From NCBI GenBank assembly GCA_036479435.1, contig JAZGFI010000271.1:1-64000 (forward strand): DNA of 64,000 bases. Reading direction: 5' to 3'. The DNA comes from Planctomycetota bacterium. Its GTDB lineage: Bacteria; Planctomycetota; GCA-002687715; DRQF01. The translations under genes were made by a program, and so were the position numbers. The notes under the pieces are model-generated. The model ran no database searches, had not been told where the DNA came from, and was given only the letters and a program-made list of their open reading frames with translations. Positions 52,307 to 61,892 of the stretch are shown piece by piece; position 1 is the stretch's first letter, and every line of letters begins with the position of its first letter.

Positions 52307-52658
52307 AGATCCCCTGAAGACCGGGCCGCGCCAGGAGCATGGCGACCTAAGCCTCTGCATCATAATCACTTAGAGTTCTGGCCCAGTTGGGCAATACGAT
52401 AGAAAAGGGCTTTGCGGCGGACAAGCCCGAGTCGGCAAAAAGGCCGCTTGCTCCGCAACCGCGCTCGGAACGTTTTGAATGGCCAAGGGTTCGCTCGCCA
52501 GGCCCTTTGGAGAAAAATCTCCGGCATTCCGGCCACCGAGAGTTTTCCGCATCGAGGCTTCCTCGGCCGAGGCCTCAACGAGAAATCGCGCCACCGCCCT
52601 TCGAGCGTGGGACGGGCGTGCTAAAAAAAGGCCGCTATTCACGGCTCTCGGAGACATT

Positions 52659-53348
52659 ATGAACTTCTTCATCGACCGGGCCATCTTGGAGGTCGCCCCC
52701 CGCACGCGCCTCGCGGTGTTACGGGTCGAAGATTGCGAAATCGGATTCGGCCACGGCAACCTGGATGAAACCCGGCTACGGGTCTGTACTAGGCTTCGCA
52801 AAGACATTAAGACGGGTCACGAACTCGTAAACGTCCCGCAAATCGCCGGTGTCGATCAGCTCATGTCGCACTTCGATGGGCAGATGAGACGGCCTCGCAC
52901 CGTCACGGAAGACACGCTGCGCAAGCTTCTCGAAGGTGGCCCCATCCCGGTCGAAAACGATGCTGTCGACAGCGCCGTATTGCTTTCGATCTACTACCGG
53001 CTTCCGGTGTTCGCCGCCGACGCCGACAAGCTCGTGGGTGATGTCGGTCTCGTCCTGGGGCGAGAGAGCCGTGACTTTGAGGGCCACCAAGGGCAAGCTC
53101 GCGTTCGCACTGAGGATCGCATCTTCTTGACGGATGACATCGGATACTTCGACTGTATCGTCGCTGCCGGCAAGCGGGCGGCGGTGACCGAGCGCACTCA
53201 AACGGTCTTGTTGGTCGCAGTTTTTCCCGAGAACGTCGGCGACAGCATTGTTCGCGACTTTCTGCGCCGTGCTCGCAACTGGTTCGAAAATCTCTGCGGT
53301 GGCGAAGTCACTCAAGAGGGAATGGTCGGCGAGCCCGAAACGGGCTAG
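52659..53348 (+). CDS. Stand-alone B3/B4 (PheRS-beta editing-like) domain protein
   Basis: EDTLRKLLEGGPIPVENDAVD...LSIYYRLPV...DADKLVG pattern of the B3/4 family; GGAGA RBS. Confidence 0.7.
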   Translation: MNFFIDRAILEVAPRTRLAVLRVEDCEIGFGHGNLDETRLRVCTRLRKDIKTGHELVNVPQIAGVDQLMSHFDGQMRRPRTVTEDTLRKLLEGGPIPVENDAVDSAVLLSIYYRLPVFAADADKLVGDVGLVLGRESRDFEGHQGQARVRTEDRIFLTDDIGYFDCIVAAGKRAAVTERTQTVLLVAVFPENVGDSIVRDFLRRARNWFENLCGGEVTQEGMVGEPETG

Positions 53349-53488
53349 CCCAAGCGCGAAACCCGCCATAGGGGATTCCCCATTCGCAAGTGTGGCGGCA
53401 AAAGCCCAGTTTTCCCGAAGAGTTGGCAACTCCCCTAGGTTGAAGATTTCAGCGCTAGTTTTGGCGCCGGAATGTTGGAGAACAACGC

Positions 53489-54289
53489 GTGGCCCATCTC
53501 ATCAGCATGCTCACCCTCGTCGCTTGCGGATTCTTCCAGAGCCCGTCCCTGTCGGTCCAGGACGAGACCCCCTCGTCCCGACCGGCCAAGAAACCGACCA
53601 GCGCGCCCCTTGTCGTGCCCGTCTTTGATTATCAGCGCTTTGACAAGATCTTGGCCGTGGGCGTGTCGAGCGGCGGCCGGGTTGACTATCGAGCGCTCGA
53701 AAAATCGCAGCGAAAAGCACTCGGCCAAGTCGTCGCGACTTTCGCCTCTTTTGACGCGAAGAAACTCAAGACCAAGGCAGATCGTATCGCGTTCTATGCG
53801 AACGCCTACAATGCCAACGTCTTGAAGATGGTCCTCGACAACAAGCGACCGAAGAGTGTCTTAGATGTGAAGGGCTTTTTCGACAAACACAAATTCAAGG
53901 TCGCGGGTCGCAGCTACACGCTCAATTCACTCGAGAAAATCCTGCGAGACGAAGGCGACCCACGGGTGCACTTCATCGTGAACTGTGCTTCCGCCTCCTG
54001 CCCGAAGCTCTTGGCCAAATCCATCCGAGCTAAGACTCTAGAAAAAACCTTGGCCGCAGCCACTGAGGATTACCTTAGTACTCGCCAGCACGGCCTGCGA
54101 ATCGACCGGAACGGCAAAGTCTGGGTGTCGAAGATATTCGAGTGGTACGCGAAGGACTTCGCCAAAAACGGGAACAAAGCCCAAGTTCTCGCGTGGATTC
54201 AAAAGCACGCGCCCGCGAGCTCAAAGAAACAGCTCGCAAAGGCGACTTTAATGAATTACCTGAAGTACGATTGGTCGCTCAACCAATAA
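53489..54289 (+). CDS. DUF547 domain secreted protein
   Basis: VDY, AFYANAYN, TLNSLE, DPRVHFIVNCASASCP, SKIFEWYAKDF, YDWSLN. Confidence 0.9.
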   Translation: MAHLISMLTLVACGFFQSPSLSVQDETPSSRPAKKPTSAPLVVPVFDYQRFDKILAVGVSSGGRVDYRALEKSQRKALGQVVATFASFDAKKLKTKADRIAFYANAYNANVLKMVLDNKRPKSVLDVKGFFDKHKFKVAGRSYTLNSLEKILRDEGDPRVHFIVNCASASCPKLLAKSIRAKTLEKTLAAATEDYLSTRQHGLRIDRNGKVWVSKIFEWYAKDFAKNGNKAQVLAWIQKHAPASSKKQLAKATLMNYLKYDWSLNQ

Positions 54290-54404
54290 ACCCCGCCGAG
54301 TAAAAAGCACAAACCCTCAAGGTTAGCGTCAGACGCTTTTCACTACCCTTTGCCGACCGTCGCCTTCGCCGTCGATTCATCTTAGACGACGGGCGGTGGC
54401 GACT

Positions 54405-54803
54405 TTAGGCCAGGGGGTCTTTGAGGAAGTGTTCGTAGATGAACAGTTCCAGCTCGCTGCGGCGATCTTCGTCGAGGCCAAATGGCAGGAACTTGAAGGC
54501 GACTTCGAAGCGATTGTCAGACAGTGGAATCGAGCGAACAACTTCACCGATGAACTCGACAGGAGTGTCAATCTCTGGAATGGAAATGCTCGCCGCGACA
54601 ACTTGTCCGCGCTCCATGTCGATGTCCGTGACGAAGCCGACGCCTCCTAAGGACAGGTCCTTGGAGTACCCGACGTGGAGGTCGGCGTTGTCGGCAACCG
54701 TTCCGAAGTCGTCCGTGATCCGAAACGTGACCTTGAAATAGTCCTTTAAACGTAAGAAGCGACGCTTCTCAATTACATCCGTCGTTGGTTGTTCGTGGCT
54801 CAT
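54405..54803 (-). CDS. Stand-alone PilZ domain protein
   Basis: EKRRFLR and DLSLGG; GEVVR; divergent from pilT. Confidence 0.85.
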   Translation of the reverse strand: MSHEQPTTDVIEKRRFLRLKDYFKVTFRITDDFGTVADNADLHVGYSKDLSLGGVGFVTDIDMERGQVVAASISIPEIDTPVEFIGEVVRSIPLSDNRFEVAFKFLPFGLDEDRRSELELFIYEHFLKDPLA

Positions 54804-55099
54804 CGGATGTCCTCCCTAAAGTCGTGCCAGATGCGCCCTGGCTGCGAGGGCTGCTACAGCCCCGGTTCTTTGTTCGACCGTCATGAGCAAAAGCTTGGGC
54901 AATTTCTCAGGACTTTCTCAAGAGCCGCAATCGCAACTCCCACACCATCATTACGCAACTGCTAGCCATTTCGGGAAGGAGACCTTTAAAAACCGGGTAA
55001 AAATCCTCGGATTGGGACCCTGAAAACCCGATGTACCCTTGGAGATGGCCCAGATTGACTGGCCCAGCATCGAGTTACTAGCTGCGTGGAGTGTGCCTC

Positions 55100-56161
55100 A
55101 TGGCCGCGATTGACGAAATCTTCAAGATCATCAAGGAACAAGGGGCCAGCGACCTCCACATGGCGTCAGGGTCGAAACCCATGGTTCGCCTCAGCAGCAA
55201 ATTGTCACCAGTCGATTACATGGAGTTGACCCCCGAACTTAATCGCAAGTTGCTCTACGAACTCATGACCCCCGAGCAGGTGGCTGAATTCGAAGAAACG
55301 ATGGACATCGACTTCAGCTACGAGATCCCCGATGTCACTCGAGTACGCTGCAACATCTTTGAACAAAAGAACGGCATCGGCGGGGTCTTTCGCCTGATTC
55401 CCACCGAAATCATGTCGATGGAGCAGCTCAATCTGCCCGACCAGTTGTTGCGATTCTGCAACCTGCCTCGAGGCCTCGTTGTCGTGACGGGTGCGACAGG
55501 TTCCGGTAAGTCAACCACGCTCGCAGCGATGATCGACTACATCAATGAAAACAAAAATGAGCACATCCTGACGATCGAGGACCCGATCGAATTCGTGCAC
55601 ACGATGAAAAAGTCCCTCATCAACCAACGCGAAGTTGGCACCACTACAAGGTCTTTCAGTAACGCATTGAAGGGGGCTTTGCGCGAAGACCCCGACATCA
55701 TTCTGGTCGGCGAAATGCGCGACTTGGAGACCATTCAGCTCGCCATCACTGCAGCCGAAACCGGACACCTTGTTTTCGGAACTCTGCACACCAACAGTGC
55801 TTCGCAAACGGTCGACCGCATCATCGACGTCTTCCCCGCCGACATGCAGAGTCAGATCCGAACCATGCTCAGTGATGCCCTTAAGGGCGTCATCGCTCAA
55901 CGCCTCTTGCCTAAGGTTGGCGGCTCTGGGCGCGTCGCGGCGATCGAGATTCTGACGGTCACTTCTGCGGCTTCGAACCTTATTCGCGAAGGCAAGACCT
56001 TCCAGCTCGACAGTCTCATGCAAACCGGAAAGAAAGACGGCATGATCACCATGGATGCGGCCCTCGCCGAATTGGTCGAGAAGAAACTCATCTCAGCGGA
56101 AGACGCGCTTCTGAATGCGCACGACAAGACCTACTTCCAGCGCCAACTCATGGGCGTCTAA
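55100..56161 (+). CDS. pilT: Second type IV pilus retraction ATPase
   Basis: ASDLH, GATGSGKSTT, TIEDPIE, LREDPDIILVGEMRD, AETGHLVFGTLHT, NLIRE. Confidence 0.93.
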   Translation: MAAIDEIFKIIKEQGASDLHMASGSKPMVRLSSKLSPVDYMELTPELNRKLLYELMTPEQVAEFEETMDIDFSYEIPDVTRVRCNIFEQKNGIGGVFRLIPTEIMSMEQLNLPDQLLRFCNLPRGLVVVTGATGSGKSTTLAAMIDYINENKNEHILTIEDPIEFVHTMKKSLINQREVGTTTRSFSNALKGALREDPDIILVGEMRDLETIQLAITAAETGHLVFGTLHTNSASQTVDRIIDVFPADMQSQIRTMLSDALKGVIAQRLLPKVGGSGRVAAIEILTVTSAASNLIREGKTFQLDSLMQTGKKDGMITMDAALAELVEKKLISAEDALLNAHDKTYFQRQLMGV

Positions 56162-56164
56162 ACC

Positions 56165-57568
56165 TTGGCCGAGCTACAGGGTGTCAACGGAGACCTCGGT
56201 CTCTTCAGTATTTTCGACGTGACTCAGTCTCTAATGATGGGCCGCAAGACGGCTCTCGTCGTCGTCGACAACGGAGGTAAGCAGGGCTTCATCTACTTCG
56301 AAGAAGGTAAGATCACCTACGCCGCGGACGATGAGATGAGAACCGGAGACGCCGCGGCATTCGAAGTGCTCGCCTGGCGTAAGGGCCACTTCAAGATCCA
56401 GTTTGACGCGGAACGGCGCGAACCCAACATCACACGCGACACCGAAAACCTGATGCTCGAAGTGGCGCGCGTGGTCGACGAAGAAAAGCGCGACCAGGGG
56501 ATCGAGGAAGCGAGTGATGAAGTCGAGGAAACCGTTGCCAAGGAATCGTTAGAAAAGCGCTTCCGCAACGAGCTCAACAAGGTATTCAAACAAGTCGCAA
56601 CCGACCGTGGGGCCGCCAGGGATCGCTATTCCGTCCATGCTTTTGACGAGCTCTTGATCGCTCTCATGGACCTCGGTGGAACCGCTCTTTATCTGCGTTC
56701 CGCGACGAAACCACGAATCAAGACCAAGCACGGATTCCAGACGATTCGCCAGGAGTTGCTCGCGCCCGGCGAAATCGAGTCGTTCATCAACGGCGTCTTG
56801 AACGCCAATGAAAAACGCGAATTCGAAGAGTCGCGAGAGATCAGCGTCAACTACACTAGTAAACGCGGCGATCGGTTTAAGGTGAGTGGATTCGATGATG
56901 GTGGGCGCGTTGCCTGCATCATGACTCCAGCCAGCAAGCTGATTCCACGACTGGACGAGCTAAGCCCCGAAGCACCTCCTCTCGCTCGCCTGTTGGAAGA
57001 ACGCATGGGTCTCGTCTTGATCTACGGGCCCCTCGCTTCCGGCAAGAGCACTCTTTTGGCTTCGCTGGTTGAAGATGCGCTCGTCGAACGCGATAAGGTC
57101 GCCACCCTCTTCTCGCGGACCTGGACCTTCGACTTTGCCGACGAAGCTGGGTTTTTGATCCACAGTGATCTAACCCGTTTCAGCCTCGGAGTAGGAGGGT
57201 CTTTGCAGCGCGCCCTTGAGCAAGGGTCAGATCTCATCGCCGTCGACAAGATCCAGACGGAATCCATGTTTCGAGACGCGCTGGCCGTGGCTTCGCGCAC
57301 AGCTCTCGTCATCGGGTTGATCGAGGCAGATGGCCCCGAAGAGCTTGAGCAAACGATTCGCGGATTCGCGGAGGGACAGGTCGCCGGAAAGTTCGCGCGT
57401 CAGTTCGCAGCCACTCTCAAGGGCATCGTCAACGTCGACCTCAACCACGAGTGCTCCGGAGCACAGGCTGGCCAAGGAAAAGTGAAACTCTGGACGCCCA
57501 ACAGCGACGAACGCCTGCGCCTGTTGAGTGGGGACTTCAGCGCACTTGGCGGGCCGGTCGCCGTCTAG
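56165..57568 (+). CDS. DUF4388 domain fused to a degenerate PilT-like ATPase
   Basis: GDL..FSIFDVTQ.L...RKT....G.IYF.EG.I..A...W.KG.F (DUF4388); PilT-like N domain; Walker A GPLASGKST; other ATPase motifs degenerate. Confidence 0.75.
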   Translation: MAELQGVNGDLGLFSIFDVTQSLMMGRKTALVVVDNGGKQGFIYFEEGKITYAADDEMRTGDAAAFEVLAWRKGHFKIQFDAERREPNITRDTENLMLEVARVVDEEKRDQGIEEASDEVEETVAKESLEKRFRNELNKVFKQVATDRGAARDRYSVHAFDELLIALMDLGGTALYLRSATKPRIKTKHGFQTIRQELLAPGEIESFINGVLNANEKREFEESREISVNYTSKRGDRFKVSGFDDGGRVACIMTPASKLIPRLDELSPEAPPLARLLEERMGLVLIYGPLASGKSTLLASLVEDALVERDKVATLFSRTWTFDFADEAGFLIHSDLTRFSLGVGGSLQRALEQGSDLIAVDKIQTESMFRDALAVASRTALVIGLIEADGPEELEQTIRGFAEGQVAGKFARQFAATLKGIVNVDLNHECSGAQAGQGKVKLWTPNSDERLRLLSGDFSALGGPVAV

Positions 57569-57630
57569 CCATTCGCGGCGAGGCGCTTAGATTGCGCGCT
57601 TGCTCGAGGCAATGCTGATAGACTTCCCGC

Positions 57631-59988
57631 ATGTCTCCTCACCCGCTCAAGAAGAACTCCAAGGGAGTGATCCGCCCCGGATCTCGACTGCTGTTTTTTG
57701 TCCTCCTGGTTCTTCTCATCGCGTGGTGGCTCTCCCAGCTTCTTGGCCCCAAAACTCCAGAGAGCGGAGAGGGCTCCGCTGAACTGACGGTGACCAAGCT
57801 GGCCCTCGAAGGTGAATCCCCGGCCGTTCGTCACTACTTGGTGAGCGCTCCGAGTTTCTCCCCATCTGAGCTCAGTCAACTCGCGGCAAGCGGCAGCCGT
57901 GGCGATTCGGGGTCGGGGATGCGATTCCTGCCGCGCTCTGAATCCCTCGAGACGCCCGAGGTTATCTCTGGAAACTGCGCATTGGGCGGAGAGATACCGC
58001 GCACGGGGTTTCAGCTGTCGCCCTGTGAAGTCGCGGTCTTTGCACCTTTCGATGACAGTGCGTTTCCGGGGTTCACTCGCAGCGGAGCCCTGGACCGAGA
58101 ACATGCCAGCGAAGGTGAGAAGTTTGTCCTGAACTTAGAGGCGCAAGTCCACGGTGCGCGGTTTTTGGTCAGTTCGAAGGATGAAAATCCTCGCGTCACG
58201 GCTGGTATCATCGCCGAACTTAGACCTTGGTCTCGCGAGACAATCCGATCTGCAGACTTGGGTTTACACGACCCCTTGCGCGGCGGCCGAGGCCTTTCGA
58301 TCCAGGTCGAGATGCCGCAAAACTTTGCCAATGGACCTGGTGTTGGCGACGGCACCCTCATCCGCGGCTATGCCCGTCCCGCCATGCCCACAACGCCTCT
58401 TGGCCCTGCGCCTTATCGCGGCGCCGACAAGCTACAACCATCGGCGTCGACCGCCCTGTTCTTAGTCATCGCGGACGCCGACAACATCTTGCTCTTCCCC
58501 GGACTGAGCCGCGGCAGTTTCGATGTCCTGATCCTGGCCGAGGGGTTTCGGCCCGTGGCTCAGACTCTCGAAGGCGGCCAGAACGTCCAGATCGCGCTCC
58601 AACGGTCCGAGGCATCCAAGTTCAATTCACTGACTTGGCCTCGAGCTCAAGAAGGTGCCGTTCTCGCGTCGCTGAAGAAAACCCATTCAGGTCGAGTTGG
58701 CAGCGTCCCCAGTTTCCTAATCGAACCGGACCGCCACGGTCGCTTGACGCTTGAATTCGCAGAAAGCACCAACTTTCAATTGCTCCGCCCCGGGTTTCCC
58801 GTTCGCGCGTTCATTTCTGAAGCCAACTTGACGACGCTCCTGACTGAATCCGCCGGGCAAGTTCGATTGCCAGCAGAGTCCGCAACGTCGGGCCACGATC
58901 CGGGACTCGTCTTGGAGGCGATCGAAGCCCTTGGGGTCTCCGCCGAGCAGATGTCCACCCGGCGTTTCGTCGACGAGGCTTTCGGCCGGGCCTTTCTTCG
59001 CTGCGACGGGCAAGTTCTGGACTTCGCTCCTGGACTTTACGCCGCAGTCTGGCGTTTGCCGCAGGGGCAACGCTGGCAGGCTGAGCCCTTTGAGGTTCTC
59101 CCCGACAAAGAAGTTTCCTTGCCACTTCCCGATGCCTACCCGCCGGCGCGTTGCTTGGAAATCTCTTTGGTCAGCAAGATCAGCCGCCTCCCCGTCATGG
59201 GTGCCGCGCTAACTTTAGGTCAAGTGGACCCGAGTCGAGGCGAGCTGCCGGGACGTCCCGTGGCCACGAGCGACGATAAGGGCGTCATCCGATTGGAGGG
59301 CATTCCGCGCTCGGCGATGGAGTGGACCATCCTCGCTCCAGGACACGATCCCCTGCGCGGGCAAAGTGAGATCGAATCCTTAGAGGGCAAGAAACTCTAT
59401 CTCGCGATGTCGCCGTCGCCCGGCCGGTGCGAGATCCGCGTCGAGGACCAAAAAGGCCGGCCGATCGGAGGTCTCACCGCTTTTTTATTGGACCCCAATG
59501 GTCATCGTTATGTCGCGAGCAGCTCTCCAGATGGACGCCTGCAGTTCAGTGCACTTTCGGCGGGGCGTTATTTGCTCTACGGCGGCCGGACGGTGCCCCC
59601 CGCGGACGACTCCGTCGCCTGGCAGTTCTCTGGTGCGGCGGGCCCCATCATCTCAGTGCCACCCGCGCTCAAGGCCAAGCCCTTCGTGTGGCGTCTACCG
59701 CGTCAAGTCAAATGCCGATTCCAAATCCTCTTTCGCAACCTGGATTCGGGACCGGTTCACCTTCAACTTCAACACACAGAATCCGCCTTGGCTCCCGGCC
59801 TTTGGCCCAAGGTCGACCTCGGGACCCAAACATCGGGTATTCTCGAGGTCGATGGCCTGTTTCCGGGAACCTATCATGCTCTTGCGGTCGCCGGAAAAAA
59901 AGCGGCGTTCTTGCGCATCATCGTCCCCGCCGGGCCGCTGCAAACCATAGATCTCGACTTCGATTTCAAACCCAAGCTCAAACGTTGA
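57631..59988 (+). CDS. Membrane-anchored protein with carboxypeptidase-regulatory-like repeats
   Basis: N-terminal TM; TSDDKGVIRL, V.DQKGRPIGG, SSPDGRLQF..L..GRY motifs. Confidence 0.7.
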   Translation: MSPHPLKKNSKGVIRPGSRLLFFVLLVLLIAWWLSQLLGPKTPESGEGSAELTVTKLALEGESPAVRHYLVSAPSFSPSELSQLAASGSRGDSGSGMRFLPRSESLETPEVISGNCALGGEIPRTGFQLSPCEVAVFAPFDDSAFPGFTRSGALDREHASEGEKFVLNLEAQVHGARFLVSSKDENPRVTAGIIAELRPWSRETIRSADLGLHDPLRGGRGLSIQVEMPQNFANGPGVGDGTLIRGYARPAMPTTPLGPAPYRGADKLQPSASTALFLVIADADNILLFPGLSRGSFDVLILAEGFRPVAQTLEGGQNVQIALQRSEASKFNSLTWPRAQEGAVLASLKKTHSGRVGSVPSFLIEPDRHGRLTLEFAESTNFQLLRPGFPVRAFISEANLTTLLTESAGQVRLPAESATSGHDPGLVLEAIEALGVSAEQMSTRRFVDEAFGRAFLRCDGQVLDFAPGLYAAVWRLPQGQRWQAEPFEVLPDKEVSLPLPDAYPPARCLEISLVSKISRLPVMGAALTLGQVDPSRGELPGRPVATSDDKGVIRLEGIPRSAMEWTILAPGHDPLRGQSEIESLEGKKLYLAMSPSPGRCEIRVEDQKGRPIGGLTAFLLDPNGHRYVASSSPDGRLQFSALSAGRYLLYGGRTVPPADDSVAWQFSGAAGPIISVPPALKAKPFVWRLPRQVKCRFQILFRNLDSGPVHLQLQHTESALAPGLWPKVDLGTQTSGILEVDGLFPGTYHALAVAGKKAAFLRIIVPAGPLQTIDLDFDFKPKLKR

Positions 59989-59995
59989 TCTCACT

Positions 59996-61807
59996 ATGAA
60001 TCCAATCCTCTTCCGCTACCTGTGCTGTACCGGGCTATTGATGGCGGCTTTAGGGCTCTTTGCCCCTTCAAACTTCGCCCAAACCTACGAGGCCAGCTCG
60101 GCGCAAAGGGACGACCTCGGAGCCAGAATGGCTTTTGATGGCAAGCCGACGACCCGGTGGAGCGCTCGATTCAAGGAGAAATCCGGCTGGATACAAGTCA
60201 CTTTTGACGAGCCTCGTGAGTTCTCGTCGGTCACGATCTATTCCGGCACCACTGACTTGAAAGGCGCGCCGAAGGGTTTTCAAATCCTCGCGGGTAAACC
60301 TGGCTCGCTGAAGACTCTCAAGAAGATCAAGACGAACGACCGCGACAGTCGTCTCGTCAAATTCAGAAAGACGAAAGCGCGATGCTGGCGATTGAAAATC
60401 GACACCTTGATCAACGAAAAGTGGTCCCCCACCATCGCCGAGCTGACCTGGTCAGGGCCCAATTCGGCCGGAACAAAAGACAAGACCGAGTCCACGGCTG
60501 GCGCGCCGATCAAGGCCTCTGATCCCGGCATCGCGGGTCGAGGCCCGGAACGCGTTTTGGACGGCGACCCCAAGACAAACTTTGAAGCCGCCAAAAAGGG
60601 CAAGGTCTGGTTAGAGCGTCGCTTCGACCGCCCGCAGACCTTCGATGCCCTCGAGCTGAACGTTCATGCCCGAGCTGGTTTTGGCGTCGCCAAAAATATC
60701 CGCCTGAAGGCTCGCGTCGGTCGTCGCTGGAAAAAACTCCTGAGCCTCGACGATGTCTATCGCAATCACGTTCGACTGCGCTTCAAGTCCACGAAAGCCG
60801 AAGTCTGGCGACTGGAAATTGAGGAAGTCGTCAACGACCGGGGCAGCGTGCGATTGAGTCAGTTCGATTTGTCGCAACTAGGAGAAAATGAGTTCCCGGC
60901 CGAGGCTGCCCCAGAAGTCGACCCCGAAGATGTCAATCAAGCCATCGAACGCGGCGCAGCTTGGCTCACTTCCAAACGGCGAAAAGATGGCAATTGGCCA
61001 ACAAAGCACAGCAAAGAGTACCCCATGGGCGTGATGTCACTGTGCGGTTTGGCTCTAAAGAAATCCGGGCTCACGCGCGATGATCCGCTCATGCTCGATC
61101 TCGCGGCGCGTCTCAAAAAAATGGAGAGCCAAAAAGTCTACTCCGTCGCCCTTCAAGTCCTCTTTCTTCGCGCGCTCAGTGCCAAACGCTACAACGATCG
61201 TGTCGAGAAACTCGCGGACTGGCTCATCGAAGCCCAAGGGCCCGACGGTTTGTGGGCCTACCCCACGGGCCGCACCGACTTGTCCAACGCGCAGTACGCA
61301 CTTTTGGCCCTCAAAGCCGCTAAAGAACTCGGCATCAAGATCCCAAATAGGGTCTTCAAGAAAAGCCTCGACTGGATGCTTCGCGGCCCGCAAAAAGGTG
61401 GAGGGTTCAACTACGTCCCGCACGGAAAAGCGGCGCGAGACCCCGCGACCGGCAGCATGACCGCCGCTGGTTTGGCCTGCATCGACATCTGTTTGAAAGC
61501 GCTCGGGCCAAATCGCGGCCGTGAGCAGAGCGCCAAGAAAGTCGTCAGCGCCGCTTTTGACTGGCTTGACGAACGCTTCGTGGTCGAGATGAACCCCGGC
61601 TCTCACCAAAGCCACTACTACTACCTCTACGGTATCGAGCGTATCGGCGCATTCTACCTGCGTAAGATGATCGGCGGTAAGCCCTGGTACCCCCTGGGAG
61701 CCGAACACTTGCTGGCCTGGCAAAGGAGCGAGGGTTCCTGGCACGGCAGCATCGAAGACACCTGCTTTGCGCTCTTGTTCCTCAACCGTTCCAGCCTGAC
61801 GAAGTAG
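59996..61807 (+). CDS. Secreted protein: two discoidin (F5/8 type C) domains plus prenyltransferase/squalene-cyclase-like (alpha/alpha) barrel
   Basis: AFDGKPTTRWS and VLDGDPKT discoidin motifs; AIERGAAWL...DGNW, WLIEAQGPDGLW, DLSNAQYA, YYLYGIER, Q.SEGSW. Confidence 0.8.
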   Translation: MNPILFRYLCCTGLLMAALGLFAPSNFAQTYEASSAQRDDLGARMAFDGKPTTRWSARFKEKSGWIQVTFDEPREFSSVTIYSGTTDLKGAPKGFQILAGKPGSLKTLKKIKTNDRDSRLVKFRKTKARCWRLKIDTLINEKWSPTIAELTWSGPNSAGTKDKTESTAGAPIKASDPGIAGRGPERVLDGDPKTNFEAAKKGKVWLERRFDRPQTFDALELNVHARAGFGVAKNIRLKARVGRRWKKLLSLDDVYRNHVRLRFKSTKAEVWRLEIEEVVNDRGSVRLSQFDLSQLGENEFPAEAAPEVDPEDVNQAIERGAAWLTSKRRKDGNWPTKHSKEYPMGVMSLCGLALKKSGLTRDDPLMLDLAARLKKMESQKVYSVALQVLFLRALSAKRYNDRVEKLADWLIEAQGPDGLWAYPTGRTDLSNAQYALLALKAAKELGIKIPNRVFKKSLDWMLRGPQKGGGFNYVPHGKAARDPATGSMTAAGLACIDICLKALGPNRGREQSAKKVVSAAFDWLDERFVVEMNPGSHQSHYYYLYGIERIGAFYLRKMIGGKPWYPLGAEHLLAWQRSEGSWHGSIEDTCFALLFLNRSSLTK

Positions 61808-61834
61808 AGCGCAAAAACCACGGCGTTCTAAACC

Positions 61835-61870
61835 ACGAAAAAAGCCGCCCCGAGGAGCGGCTTTTTTCGT
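61835..61870. terminator. Bidirectional intrinsic terminator
   Basis: ACGAAAAAAGCCGC-loop-GCGGCTTTTTTCGT between convergent genes. Confidence 0.85.
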
Positions 61871-61892
61871 TCTGGTGATCACCTTGGCGAGG

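Noticed and set aside
53349..53488. Possible structured RNA or riboswitch before DUF547
   Set aside because: Some complementarity (CCGCCA/TGGCGG) but no recognisable conserved aptamer motif
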